A stretch of DNA of 64,000 nt from assembly GCA_963702895.1 (NCBI GenBank), contig OY969767.1, positions 1,664,001 through 1,728,000 on the forward strand, given 5' to 3'. A program made the position numbers and the translations under genes. A model generated the notes under the pieces. The model did no database searches. It saw nothing but the letters and a program-made list of their open reading frames with translations, and was not told the DNA's origin. Source of the DNA: an uncultured Elusimicrobia bacterium. GTDB lineage: Bacteria; Elusimicrobiota; Elusimicrobia; 2-01-FULL-59-12. Of the stretch, positions 1 through 9,618 are shown piece by piece; within the stretch, counting starts at the first letter, position 1; each line of letters begins with the position of its first letter.

Positions 1-621
1 CTTCCCTCAACCCCTCGGATGGCCGTGAGCCTGGCTTCACCTGTGGCTCAAATCTCAGACTTTACCGGTATTTCTTTGGGACTTCGTAAGCTCGTGTCGG
101 ATATCGCCTGGATCCAAACACTGATTTACTACGGAACACATGAGGAAGGCATGACCGAAGAAGACGCTCACGAAGGAAGAGGCGAATACCCCCTCTTCCT
201 TGCCTATTGTCAGAGGGTGGCCCAGATCGACCCCCACTTCAAATACATCTTCTATTACGGAGGATCTGTGCTGGGATGGAACCTGAAACGCTTCGATGAA
301 GCGGAATCATTCATAAAAGAAGGCATCCAAGCGCATCCCAAAGAGTGGCGCTATCAACAATTCCTCGCAGCCATTGCGTTTCAAAAAAGCCATAATATGA
401 ATGACTTAGTTAATTTCTTAGAAGTATTCATTGAAGATAGAGACTGTCCAAACATTCTTCGTTCGATTCTTGCTAACATCTATAAGAAGCAAAAAGACTA
501 TATAAAGGCCCTCCGGGTCTGGATGTTCATTTACGACACGAACGATGAGTCTTATCGCGTTCGAGCCGTCTCCGAAATTGACGAAATCTCCCAATTGATC
601 CAGAATCAGCACAAAAAATAG
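1..621 (+). CDS. Hypothetical TPR-like protein, probably 5'-truncated (frame open to window start)
   Basis: Helical TPR-like patterns (EAESFIKEGIQAHP, LANIYKKQKDYIKAL); no in-frame stop upstream of ATG at 19. Confidence 0.6.
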   Translation, partial: LPSTPRMAVSLASPVAQISDFTGISLGLRKLVSDIAWIQTLIYYGTHEEGMTEEDAHEGRGEYPLFLAYCQRVAQIDPHFKYIFYYGGSVLGWNLKRFDEAESFIKEGIQAHPKEWRYQQFLAAIAFQKSHNMNDLVNFLEVFIEDRDCPNILRSILANIYKKQKDYIKALRVWMFIYDTNDESYRVRAVSEIDEISQLIQNQHKK

Positions 622-755
622 GCCTTTATGCCCATTGACGGACTATTTTGTCATTTGCTATGATGCTTGGAGCGTTTTCGTTCGGGAGTCGGGGTCCTCA
701 TCTAACCTCCCAATTCAGCGAAATCCCAGGCCGATACTAAGAGAAAGGTGAAATT

Positions 756-1121
756 ATGGCGCGAAAAAAAGATAGATCTCTTATTGCCGCTGTCACAGAT
801 GCTACGTTTTCTCAAGTCGTTTTGAAGTCGGAATTGCCTGTTCTGGTAGGCTTTTGGGCCCCTTGGTGTGCCCCTTGCCAGACTCTTCCCCCCATGCTGC
901 AAGAGATCATTGATGACTATTTCGGTAAGGTCAAGGTCGTTCAGGCAAAAGTCGATGAAACCCCTGATTTGGCCCATGAGTATCGCATCAGCTCCATCCC
1001 GACGCTGCTCCTCTTTGAAAACGGACGCATGGTGGGCAAGCGCACGAGCGCCGACACCAAAGAAGACATCGCGGAATGGCTTGATCGCCACATCGATGAG
1101 CCGGTAGGATTCGGATACTAA
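756..1121 (+). CDS. trxA: Thioredoxin
   Basis: FWAPWCAPC active site, SIPTLLLF, 121 aa. Confidence 0.9.
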   Translation: MARKKDRSLIAAVTDATFSQVVLKSELPVLVGFWAPWCAPCQTLPPMLQEIIDDYFGKVKVVQAKVDETPDLAHEYRISSIPTLLLFENGRMVGKRTSADTKEDIAEWLDRHIDEPVGFGY

Positions 1122-1161
1122 ACGGGAGGATGACGATGGGACCTAATAAACCCTGCGGTTG

Positions 1162-1386
1162 CTAAGCATTCTTAAAACGTATCGTTTCACCCGGAGGCAG
1201 CGGCGGCGGCGTCGCTGCCTTCAGTTTTTCCCGAAGAGCAGGCATGATGTCGCAGGTGGGATGACATAATAAAGCCGGATCGGGTCTGTCCGCGGGAAGA
1301 AGGTATCTCACTTCAGTCTGACACACCACACAAGGGCCCTCGATCACATCCGCGAAATTGGACCATGACACATGCCTTCGCTTCAT
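1162..1386 (-). CDS. Small hypothetical protein with Cys/His motifs (possible metal binding)
   Basis: CVVC...CHPTC; purine-rich SD-like sequence upstream; follows the SDR gene on the same strand. Confidence 0.6.
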   Translation of the reverse strand: MKRRHVSWSNFADVIEGPCVVCQTEVRYLLPADRPDPALLCHPTCDIMPALREKLKAATPPPLPPGETIRFKNA

Positions 1387-1402
1387 AGACGCCCCTTCTC
1401 CA

Positions 1403-2116
1403 TTAAATTAAGTGCCGCCCACCGTCCACACGAATCGTCTCGCCCGTAATAAAATCGGTCTCGCATAAAAATCGTACAGCCTTCGCGAGCTCTTGCGGAC
1501 CCCCCCATTTCCCAAGTGGCGTGGCCTTCAAGACCGCCTGAAATTCCTTTGACCCAAGACCTTTGGGCGCAAGCAGCGGCCCTGGCGCGATGGCGTTCAC
1601 CAGGATCTGGGGCGCTAACTCCAGGGCCATGGCTTCCACCATCGCCTGGAGGGCTGCTTTGGACGTGTAATAGGCCGCATACCCTTTATACCGGGGCCTG
1701 TGACTGGCACTCGTCCAATCGGTGACATGAACGATGCGGCCCTCGTCGGAGCGGCGCAGATATGGGAGAACACTTGAGGTCACGTTTTGTGCCGCGAACA
1801 CGTGAAGCCTGATATGCTTCTCCCAGGACCCTCGCTCATAGACCGACGCCATGTTCACCAGAATATTGAGGGAACCCAGCTGCGCCTCAATATGGCGAGC
1901 GGCTTTTTCGGCCTGATGAGGACGAATCAGATCGCAGGCGAGCACCATCGTTGGAGCTCCAAAGAGGCGAAGCTCTTGGGCCGTTTCCTCCGCGAGCTTG
2001 CGTGAATGGCTGTAGCTTAAAGCGACGCCACACCCCGCTTGCGCGAGAGAAAGTGCCACAGCCTTTCCCATCCGGGCACCACCCGTGATCCACGCCACTT
2101 TTCCGTTTAAATCCAT
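1403..2116 (-). CDS. SDR oxidoreductase, pteridine reductase/FolM-like
   Basis: TGGARMG, NMAS, YYTSK, VNAIAPG, ITGETIRVDGGRHL. Confidence 0.85.
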   Translation of the reverse strand: MDLNGKVAWITGGARMGKAVALSLAQAGCGVALSYSHSRKLAEETAQELRLFGAPTMVLACDLIRPHQAEKAARHIEAQLGSLNILVNMASVYERGSWEKHIRLHVFAAQNVTSSVLPYLRRSDEGRIVHVTDWTSASHRPRYKGYAAYYTSKAALQAMVEAMALELAPQILVNAIAPGPLLAPKGLGSKEFQAVLKATPLGKWGGPQELAKAVRFLCETDFITGETIRVDGGRHLI

Positions 2117-2166
2117 GAAGATCTTCCTCTGGTTACAGTTTCAGGGGCAACGCTCCAGCTCGAGAT

Positions 2167-2238
2167 TGGGTCCGGTGGGTTTCGAACCCACGGCCCCCGA
2201 CTTAAAAGGTCGGTGCTCTACCCCTGAGCTACGGACCC
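2167..2238 (-). tRNA. tRNA-Lys(TTT), CCA not encoded
   Basis: GGGTCCG/CGGACCC acceptor stem, CCGAC-CTTTTAA-GTCGG anticodon arm, GGTTCGAAA T-loop. Confidence 0.95.
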
Positions 2239-2256
2239 AATCTCGAGCCAAATTTC

Positions 2257-2291
2257 GCCCCCGACTTAAAAGGTCGGTGCCCTGCCCCTGA
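2257..2291 (-). pseudogene. Partial duplicate of tRNA-Lys (D arm/anticodon arm)
   Basis: gcccccgacttaaaaggtcggtgc identical to tRNA-Lys, then two mismatches in the next 11 nt. Confidence 0.8.
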
Positions 2292-2491
2292 CCATCACTT
2301 TACCACGATAGCCGCAACAATTTCCCTTTGATGAAAGCAACTGTACCATCCGGAACTGCTTCTAAAGGACCCTCATTATATAAGATGTATAATGTTTCGA
2401 AATTTAGGGTCGATTCTCGTCAGAGAATGCTCACCCTTCTGTCTGGATCAGCGGCAAACCTCGTTTTCGTTTTGTGGTCTGGGCGCTGCAG

Positions 2492-3015
2492 GCCCCCATC
2501 GACTCGTGGTTAGGTCACAGCCCTTTTCCGCCACTAGGTCGTTGGCGGACCCGCCGCGATGGAGTGGCGGGCAAGGCTCCGCCACATGACCGGCGGATGA
2601 CCAAGAGTTTGTGTAGTGCCCCCATAGACTAGTGGTTAGGTCACAGCCCTTTCAAGGCTGTAGGACGTAAGAGAAGTCTTCAGTGCGACTGGAATAGGCG
2701 TGCCCCCATAGACTAGTGGTTAGGTCACAGCCCTTTCAAGGCTGTAGGACGGGTTCGAATCCCGTTGGGGGCACGCTTATAACTCCCAGTCGCACTGAAG
2801 ACTTCTTGAAGGGTTCGCCCGCCACACAATCGGCGGGCGAGCGCCTGAAGTGTGGCGCTCGAATCCCGTTGGGGGCACCACACAAACTCTTGGTCATCCA
2901 CCGGCCGTGTGGCGGACGAATCCCGTCCCGCATCCTTGTAGCTAAGAGTGCGGGACTGTACCGGCTCATAAGCTCGCCCCAGCGAGCGGGTCAAAGGTTC
3001 GGTACGTTGGGGGCA
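2492..3015 (+). pseudogene. Two fragmented tRNA-Glu copies nested around the intact gene
   Basis: Outer fragments at 2492-2528, 2572-2578, 2917-2926, 3005-3015; middle fragments at 2618-2667, 2812-2816, 2861-2880. Confidence 0.8.
2702..2773 (+). tRNA. tRNA-Glu(TTC), CCA not encoded
   Basis: GCCCCCA/TGGGGGC acceptor, CAGCC-CTTTCAA-GGCTG, GGTTCGAATCC. Confidence 0.95.
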
Positions 3016-3051
3016 TATCGCTCACGAGTCAAGGATGGACATTGGATCATC

Positions 3052-3489
3052 ATGCAACCTCACGATTCACTGATCGCCGAACACAAGAAACTGCGCGCGC
3101 AAGCAGAAACCCTCGAGGTGCTGATGCGCGACGCACCCCAAACACTGGGGGAGGGTCTCGTACGTTTCCAGACCATGCTCCGAGAGCACTTTCAGCGCGA
3201 GGATGTTTACTACCGGGTCCTGGACGGCGATCAGCGGATCGCTGATCGCGGCCTCATCCACCAACTTCGCAACGATCACGCCGCCGTTGTCTTTATCCTC
3301 GAGAGTCTGGCCATCCGGCTCCGAAAAAACGGTTGTGACGCAGATTGGCGGGGCCGGTGGCGGAACTTGATGAATGTTTTCCTGCCCCATTTAGAGAAGG
3401 AAGAGCAGACCCTTTTTCCTCTGGGATGCAAGCTCCTGTCCGAACAAGAGTCCCGCTTCATTGCCGAGCAGATGGCGCCAAGTGACTAG
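3052..3489 (+). CDS. Hemerythrin/HHE-domain protein
   Basis: EH..., HFQRED, NDH, HLEKEEQTLFP pattern; start moved to ATG 3052 because the longer ORF overlaps the tRNAs. Confidence 0.8.
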   Translation: MQPHDSLIAEHKKLRAQAETLEVLMRDAPQTLGEGLVRFQTMLREHFQREDVYYRVLDGDQRIADRGLIHQLRNDHAAVVFILESLAIRLRKNGCDADWRGRWRNLMNVFLPHLEKEEQTLFPLGCKLLSEQESRFIAEQMAPSD

Positions 3490-3490
3490 C

Positions 3491-4711
3491 ATGCGCCCGG
3501 CTCCTCGTGATCCGAAGGCAGCGCCGCTTCCTCTGGCCAAGCGCATGGCGCGCATGCAGCGCTCGACCATCCGTGAAATCCTCAAGATCACGAAACGCCC
3601 GGAAATCTTATCGTTTGCGGGCGGCCTGCCTGCTCCCGAACTCTTTCCGCTCAAGGCCTTCCAGGAAGCTTTAAACGAAGCGATGCACAAGGAGGGCCCT
3701 GCTTCTCTGCAGTACGATCTCACGGAAGGCTACTTGCCGTTGAAGGAATTCCTTTGCGATTGGCTGGGCCAGCAGGGTCTCCGGTCCACGCCCGAGGAGA
3801 TGCTTCTCACGCAGGGGTCTCAGCAGGCGCTGGACCTGCTCGGCAAGATCTTTCTCAACCCACAAGACACTGTTCTCGTCGAAAACCCGACCTACCTGGG
3901 CGCGATTCAAGCATTTAACGCTTACGAGGCCGATTACGCCGCTGTCCCCATGGATGCCTCGGGCCTGTTAATCCCCGAGGCTGAAGCCCTCATCAAACAA
4001 ACAGGTCCTAAGATGGCGTATCTTGTCCCCACCTTCCAAAATCCCTCCGGTATCACCATGCAAAGGGACAGGCGCGAAAAGTTTTTGGAGCTTGCGGCAG
4101 CGCACCAACTCCCGGTTCTCGAGGACGATCCTTACAGTTACTTAAGGTTTTCCGGCGAGCCCCAGCCTTCCCTTTACAGCCTGGCCGGCGGCCGCGGTGT
4201 GATTTATATTTCGACGTTTTCCAAAATCCTCTCCCCGGGGATCAGGCTTGGCTTTGTGCTGGCGGAGCGCTCCATCATCCAGGCTCTCGTGCTGGCCAAA
4301 CAGGCGGCGGATCTCCAAACCAACTCGCTTCTGCAGAGGGCCGTCTATTATTACGGCAAGGCCGGGCATCTGGAGCGGCATATCCCAACAATCACCGCCT
4401 CCTATCGTGAGCGTGCCGGGACGATGCTCGCCGCGATGGACACCTATTTCCCAAAGTCCATCCGGTGGATCCCTCCGGAAGGTGGAATGTTTATCTGGTG
4501 TACGCTGCCGGAAGGTCTGTCTTCCGAAAAACTCTTTGAGCGGGCGGTTGAGGCGGGTGTGGCGTATGTGACAGGAAGTGTCTTTCACGCCCAGGGGGGT
4601 GGGGACAGGACATTGCGCCTCAATTTCACCAATTCCTCCCCGGCGCAGATTGAGGAAGGGATTAGACGCCTCGGCCGAGTCTTTTCAGAAGCGCTTTCAC
4701 CGTCGAAATAG
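3491..4711 (+). CDS. PLP-dependent class I aminotransferase (2-aminoadipate/aromatic, LysN-like)
   Basis: SFAGGLP, EDDPY, STFSKILSPGIRLG, PEGGMF, LRLNF. Confidence 0.9.
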   Translation: MRPAPRDPKAAPLPLAKRMARMQRSTIREILKITKRPEILSFAGGLPAPELFPLKAFQEALNEAMHKEGPASLQYDLTEGYLPLKEFLCDWLGQQGLRSTPEEMLLTQGSQQALDLLGKIFLNPQDTVLVENPTYLGAIQAFNAYEADYAAVPMDASGLLIPEAEALIKQTGPKMAYLVPTFQNPSGITMQRDRREKFLELAAAHQLPVLEDDPYSYLRFSGEPQPSLYSLAGGRGVIYISTFSKILSPGIRLGFVLAERSIIQALVLAKQAADLQTNSLLQRAVYYYGKAGHLERHIPTITASYRERAGTMLAAMDTYFPKSIRWIPPEGGMFIWCTLPEGLSSEKLFERAVEAGVAYVTGSVFHAQGGGDRTLRLNFTNSSPAQIEEGIRRLGRVFSEALSPSK

Positions 4712-5243
4712 GCAACCCCACCACATTGTCATAAGAACCCTTGATGACCCGCGCGATCGGGTCGTTTTTCTCCTGAATGGCGTAGGCGCCTGCCTTGTCC
4801 AGATGCTGATGCGCTAAACGCAACAGCTTTCGTGAACCCAGTTTTTTCATGCGCACCAGAGACACGGCGTGGTCCACCCACGTCTTGCCGGTCCTCGCGT
4901 TCACGAGCGCCACGCCTGTATAAACGCGATGGGTTGAACCTGAAAGGTGACCCAGCATTCGAGAGGCCCCGCGAGGGGTCTTGGGTTTGCCCAGGATCCG
5001 TCCGCCATGCACGACCACCGTATCAGCACCTAACACAAGGCCCTCGCGAAGCTCACCAGCCACGGCACGCGCCTTCCGGAGCGCCAGCTCACGCACGAGG
5101 CGCACGGGATGTTGGGTCGAGCTGGCTTCCGAGACACGGCTGAGCTTGACCCGAAAAGGAATGCCCGCACGCCGGAGCAAAGCGCGGCGCCGGGGCGAGG
5201 CGGAAGCAAGAATCAGTTTTACCGGATTGTGTCTTTGAGCCAC
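4662..5243 (-). CDS. maf: Maf family nucleoside triphosphate pyrophosphatase
   Basis: LILASASPRR, GADTVV, GKP, DKAGAYAIQ, NVVGLP. Confidence 0.92.
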   Translation of the reverse strand: MAQRHNPVKLILASASPRRRALLRRAGIPFRVKLSRVSEASSTQHPVRLVRELALRKARAVAGELREGLVLGADTVVVHGGRILGKPKTPRGASRMLGHLSGSTHRVYTGVALVNARTGKTWVDHAVSLVRMKKLGSRKLLRLAHQHLDKAGAYAIQEKNDPIARVIKGSYDNVVGLPISTVKALLKRLGRGV

Positions 5244-5536
5244 TTGAGGTAGGAGCGACTTCCTTCGACCACCGGAACGGCCAGGATCTCCGGCTCACTG
5301 TAGGAATGGATCTCGCGGATTCTCTTTTCGACTGCTTTGTAGCGTGAGGGCGTGGTTTTGATGATGAGCAGAAGCTCTTTTCCGTACTCAAGACGACTGC
5401 CCCACCAATAGCGGGAGTAGATCTCCGGCACAATGCTCACGCAGGCAGCTTCCCGCTCTTCGACGAGCGCTTGCGCGATTTTATCGGCCTCTTTGCGGCT
5501 GGCCGCCGTCACATACACGAGAAGGGCTTGGGTCAT
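5219..5536 (-). CDS. cutA: Divalent-cation tolerance protein CutA
   Basis: LVEEREAACV, SRYWW, HSYSEPEI. Confidence 0.92.
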   Translation of the reverse strand: MTQALLVYVTAASRKEADKIAQALVEEREAACVSIVPEIYSRYWWGSRLEYGKELLLIIKTTPSRYKAVEKRIREIHSYSEPEILAVPVVEGSRSYLKWLKDTIR

Positions 5537-6180
5537 GTTCTCTTCCTTCGATGATAGTCGCAGCTTCCCCGGACCGGACAACGATCACATCTCGGATGGC
5601 GCTTCGTGCAATAGCCTTTCGCATGCCGCACGATGAGCGCGTGGTATTCATTATACAGCCTCACTCGGCGCGGTAAACGATCGTGAAAGAACGCCTGGAC
5701 CTCATCGTAATCATCGGTGGTGAACCATCCCAGCCGCTGTCCTATCCTGCGCGTATAGGCATCGACGACAAACACCGGGCGCTTGGCCGCGTAGAGGAGA
5801 ATCGAGTCCGCTGTTTCGAGCCCGATGCCCTGCTGGGCGAGGAGCCGCTCACGGTGTTGGACCAGGGAGGGGTCCGCCAGATAAGCACGCGCGAACCCCT
5901 TCAACTGCTTCGCTTTTTGCCTGAAATAGCCGGAAGAGCGGATGAGCTTCTCGAGGCGCCGGCTGGACAAGCGCGCGATTTCTGTGGCGGAGAGGGCCTT
6001 GGCGCTTTTTAAGGAAGCGATGGCTTTCTCAACATTGGACCAGGACGTATTTTGCGTGAGGATGGCCCCGACCATCATTTCCCATGGAGTGTCCGCCGGC
6101 CACCAGGCCTGCGGGCCATACGAGCGCAAGAGACGCTTAAAGAGGGAGAGGACGGGACCCTGAGCGGTGCGCTTGGGCAT
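5533..6180 (-). CDS. HhH-GPD endonuclease III-related glycosylase
   Basis: WWPADTPWEMMVGAILTQNT, GIGLETADSILLY, VVDAYTRR, C-terminal Cys cluster. Confidence 0.9.
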   Translation of the reverse strand: MPKRTAQGPVLSLFKRLLRSYGPQAWWPADTPWEMMVGAILTQNTSWSNVEKAIASLKSAKALSATEIARLSSRRLEKLIRSSGYFRQKAKQLKGFARAYLADPSLVQHRERLLAQQGIGLETADSILLYAAKRPVFVVDAYTRRIGQRLGWFTTDDYDEVQAFFHDRLPRRVRLYNEYHALIVRHAKGYCTKRHPRCDRCPVRGSCDYHRRKRT

Positions 6181-6661
6181 ACCGGATATAATCCTTCGGG
6201 CGACGGCGCAACAGACGCAGCTCCTTCGACCGCAAAGGCCGCTTGACGCGCGCGGGCATCCCCAGGACAAGGGAACGCGGAGGGATCTTCATATTTTCGG
6301 TGACAAGCGCCCCCGCTCCGATGAGGCATTCGTTCCCGATCACACACCCATCCAGGAGAATGGCGCCCATTCCAATGAGACAGAAATCTCCGACGCGCGC
6401 CCCGTGGACGATGGCGCCGTGTCCGACCGTGACCCCTTTCCCGAGAACAACGGGCAAGCGCGGCGAGGTGTGCAGGACCGCGGCGTCTTGCACATTGGAG
6501 CCTTGGCCTATGGTGATGGGTTCGATATCGCCACGGAGAACCACCATCGGCCAGATGGAAGACCCATTCTTCAGGACGACGCGGCCTATGATTTGGGCGG
6601 ATTCATGGACAAAGGCGGTAGGGTGGATCCGGGGAACGTCCTTCCGGAAGGACCGCAGCAT
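6137..6661 (-). CDS. Gamma carbonic anhydrase family (YrdA-like)
   Basis: LRGD, SNVQD, VTVGHGAIVHG hexapeptide repeats. Confidence 0.9.
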   Translation of the reverse strand: MLRSFRKDVPRIHPTAFVHESAQIIGRVVLKNGSSIWPMVVLRGDIEPITIGQGSNVQDAAVLHTSPRLPVVLGKGVTVGHGAIVHGARVGDFCLIGMGAILLDGCVIGNECLIGAGALVTENMKIPPRSLVLGMPARVKRPLRSKELRLLRRRPKDYIRYAQAHRSGSRPLPL

Positions 6662-7587
6662 TAGCCCCTCATCAACTTCAGGAGGACCGCTTTTTGAATG
6701 TGCAAACGATTTTCGGCCTGCTCAAAGACGATCGATTGGGGCCCCTCAATGACCTCTTCGGTGATCTCTTCGCCACGCTTGGCCGGAAGGCAATGCAAAA
6801 CGACCGCCTGTTTCTTAGCGACGCTCAGGAGCGCGCTGTTGACCTGAAAGGGCCGAAAGACCTCGCGCCGGCGGGCTTCTTCCGACTCCTGGCCCATGGA
6901 CGTCCAGACGTCGGTATAGAGCACATCGGCGGCTGTGCACGCCACTTGCGGGTCGTGGACGATATCGATGCGCCCTCCGGAGGCCGTGGCCAGGACCTTG
7001 GCCTTGCGCAAGACTTCAGGATCAGGATCATACCCGTTGGGACAGGCCAGCACGAGCTGCAAGCCCATCATGCCGGAGAGCAAAAGCCAGGAATGGGAGA
7101 CATTGTTGGAGTCCCCCAGAAACACAATTTTGAGCTTTCGCAGCTCTGAGAGTTTCCGGTGCGAGCGCTCCCAGAGCGTCATCAAATCCGCGAGCACCTG
7201 GCAGGGATGTTCCGTATCCGTTAAGCCGTTGATCACGGGGATCGTCGTATGCCGAGAGAATTCCTGCACATCCTTATGCTGCCGCGCGCGGATCATCACC
7301 GCGTGAACATAGCGTGTCATCACGCGGGCCATGTCCGGAATGCTCTCGCCGCGCTTCCATTGCAAGGCGTCGGACTGCAGCACGAGCGGAAACCCCCCCA
7401 GGGCTTGAATGCCGGCCGCAAAAGAGACGAGGGTGCGTGTGGAAGGTTTCTCAAAGATCAGCGCGACCGTTTTGCCGCGCAAGGCGCCGGCCTTGAGCGG
7501 TGATTTTTTTAACCGCGCGGCATCCTGAAGAAGCTGCTCCACTTCTTTCGGCGCAAGGTCGGTGATGGAGAGTAAGTCGCGTTTCAT
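6661..7587 (-). CDS. argF: Ornithine carbamoyltransferase
   Basis: FEKPSTRT, HPCQ, DVWTSMGQE, HCLP, QAENR. Confidence 0.95.
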   Translation of the reverse strand: MKRDLLSITDLAPKEVEQLLQDAARLKKSPLKAGALRGKTVALIFEKPSTRTLVSFAAGIQALGGFPLVLQSDALQWKRGESIPDMARVMTRYVHAVMIRARQHKDVQEFSRHTTIPVINGLTDTEHPCQVLADLMTLWERSHRKLSELRKLKIVFLGDSNNVSHSWLLLSGMMGLQLVLACPNGYDPDPEVLRKAKVLATASGGRIDIVHDPQVACTAADVLYTDVWTSMGQESEEARRREVFRPFQVNSALLSVAKKQAVVLHCLPAKRGEEITEEVIEGPQSIVFEQAENRLHIQKAVLLKLMRG

Positions 7588-8858
7588 GGTCCCCAGGACG
7601 GCATCGAAGAGTCGCCCTTCAAGGTGCTCACACAGTGCGGGGAGCTGCCGTCAAACCCCATAATACAAATCTTCGACTGCCCATCCCGCTCCGAAGCATA
7701 GGCGATAAAGCGCCCGTCGGGGGACCAGCTCGGATTCTCATTGCGGACCCCCTCTTCCGAAATCACATGGTTGTTGCGGCCTGAGGAATCCATGACGTAG
7801 ATATCATAACGCCCCTGGCTGCGCTGGCGCTCATAGGCGATCCAGTCCCCCTTCGGAGACCACGAGGGAGCATCCACCCATTGACCATAGCTGAGCCGCT
7901 GGACGTTGGCCCCCGCCACATCCATGACATAGATCTCCGGGTTGCCCGATCGGTCCGAAATAAACGCGATCTGCTGGCCGTTCGGAGAAAAACTGGGGCT
8001 CGTGTCCACACCGGGCGAATAGGTCAAGCGCCGCTGGATGCGACCGGAGCGCTCCAACAGGTAGAGCTCGGGGTCATGACCTTTGGAAAAGGTGATGGCA
8101 AGACTCGCTCCGTCGGGGGACCAATTGGGCGAGGTGTTGAGCCCCTGGCGCGTGGAAAGCTCGCGCAGGTTCGTCCCATCGGCATCGATGAGGTACGCAT
8201 CGGGATTGCCGGCCTTATAACTGTTAAAGACAATCGATTTCCCATCGGGGGACCACTTCGGCAGGAGCGTAATGGAATGGAAACGTGTCAGTTGGCGCGT
8301 GTTGGCCCCGTCGTAATCCATGACATAGAGTTCCTTCTTGCCCGAGCGATTATTAATAAACGCGATCCTGGTATGGGCAAGGCCCGGCTGCCCCGAAAGT
8401 TGAAAGCTGATCTGGTCGGCCATGAGGTGCGCCAGGCGCCTGAGGTTATTCTTGGTGCCTGTCCCTTCTTTTGCCCAGAGCACTTTGCTGGAGGAGACAT
8501 CGTAGATGCGGCACTCGAGGACCACCTGGCTCCCCTCGACTTTGACCTCACCGGTGATGAGTACTTGGGCCCCCAGAGCGCCCCAGGCCATCGCGTCAAC
8601 TTTCCGGTCGGGTGTCGGACCTCCCTCCGAGAGGGAAAAGAGCCGTGTGAACAAGAGATCTTCTCTCATGACGGAGCGAATCTGTCCCGTGACGGCCTCA
8701 GCCTCCGGGTCTGTGCTGGACAAAGCCGCGAAGCTCGCAAGGCCCACCCCCAGGGGCTTTCCCGACCCGCCATAGGCCTGGAGCCCGAGATAGACTTCGG
8801 CACTTCTTACGGGAACAACAGAAAGAACGAGGGTGAGGAAAGCGAATCGAACACGCAC
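7584..8858 (-). CDS. tolB: Tol-Pal beta-propeller protein TolB
   Basis: PD40 repeats (WSPDG), MDYDGAN, adjacent to pal. Confidence 0.92.
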   Translation of the reverse strand: MRVRFAFLTLVLSVVPVRSAEVYLGLQAYGGSGKPLGVGLASFAALSSTDPEAEAVTGQIRSVMREDLLFTRLFSLSEGGPTPDRKVDAMAWGALGAQVLITGEVKVEGSQVVLECRIYDVSSSKVLWAKEGTGTKNNLRRLAHLMADQISFQLSGQPGLAHTRIAFINNRSGKKELYVMDYDGANTRQLTRFHSITLLPKWSPDGKSIVFNSYKAGNPDAYLIDADGTNLRELSTRQGLNTSPNWSPDGASLAITFSKGHDPELYLLERSGRIQRRLTYSPGVDTSPSFSPNGQQIAFISDRSGNPEIYVMDVAGANVQRLSYGQWVDAPSWSPKGDWIAYERQRSQGRYDIYVMDSSGRNNHVISEEGVRNENPSWSPDGRFIAYASERDGQSKICIMGFDGSSPHCVSTLKGDSSMPSWGP

Positions 8859-8863
8859 GATAG

Positions 8864-9583
8864 TTATTCGCTAAGGAGTTCGCGGGCGGAGCGTGCCAGC
8901 TCACTTCGAGGATAGTCCTTGATCAAACGCTGGAGGGTTTCTTTGGCTTCGGCCTTCTTTCCAGACTGTTGGAGCGCGAGGCCGCGTTTATAGAGGGCCT
9001 TGGGCGTAAATTCGTTGTTCCCATAAAGACGCACGACCTTATCGAATTCTCTGGCAGCCTCGGCAAAGTTCTTTCTCGCCATCTCGCACTCGCCGATGTA
9101 GTATTGGGCCTGCGCGGCCAATTCCGAACGAGGGTACTGGCCAATCAGATTGCGAAAGCCCACCAGGGCCAAATCGAATTTTCCCGCCTGGTAGTCGTTA
9201 TAGGCCAGCTTAAACATGTCACTGGGCGTGGAAGCGCCCTGACCGGTCGTACCGGTCACCTGGCCCGTGAGCACCGCGAAGCGCCGCTGCAGGTCGGCTT
9301 GCAGGTCATCGAGTTTTTGGGACAGCGTGCTCATGCGCTGTTGGCTGGCCTCCAGTTGGCTGTTCAGGGATTCCAAATTGCTGCTGAGCTCCGTCATTTT
9401 GGTGGACAGGTCCGCCTGGCCCTTCTGAATACGCGCCTGGTTGGCGTCGAGCTGCACCATATCTTTCTGGGTGGCGAGCATGCAGCCGTTCAACAAGAGA
9501 CAAAACAGGGGAAAGAGGACAGGGGACAGAAAACGGCTCACCTTCTCGAGCTTCAAATAACGATCCTCTCTTCCCTTGAGCAT
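8864..9583 (-). CDS. cpoB: Tol-Pal protein CpoB/YbgF
   Basis: Lipobox-like LNGC, coiled coil, TPRs (YPRSELA, AQYYIGE); start uncertain. Confidence 0.88.
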   Translation of the reverse strand: MLKGREDRYLKLEKVSRFLSPVLFPLFCLLLNGCMLATQKDMVQLDANQARIQKGQADLSTKMTELSSNLESLNSQLEASQQRMSTLSQKLDDLQADLQRRFAVLTGQVTGTTGQGASTPSDMFKLAYNDYQAGKFDLALVGFRNLIGQYPRSELAAQAQYYIGECEMARKNFAEAAREFDKVVRLYGNNEFTPKALYKRGLALQQSGKKAEAKETLQRLIKDYPRSELARSARELLSE

Positions 9584-9618
9584 GCCTTTCTCTTTCCCCT
9601 GTCCCCTATTCCCTCAAT

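Noticed and set aside
2492..3015. CRISPR array or self-splicing tRNA introns
   Set aside because: Repeats are tRNA fragments and inverted arms, not regularly spaced direct repeats; inserts are too short for group I/II introns; no cas genes
2716..3051. N-terminal extension of the 257-aa ORF
   Set aside because: Runs through tRNA-Glu and repeats; the hemerythrin domain starts at ATG 3052
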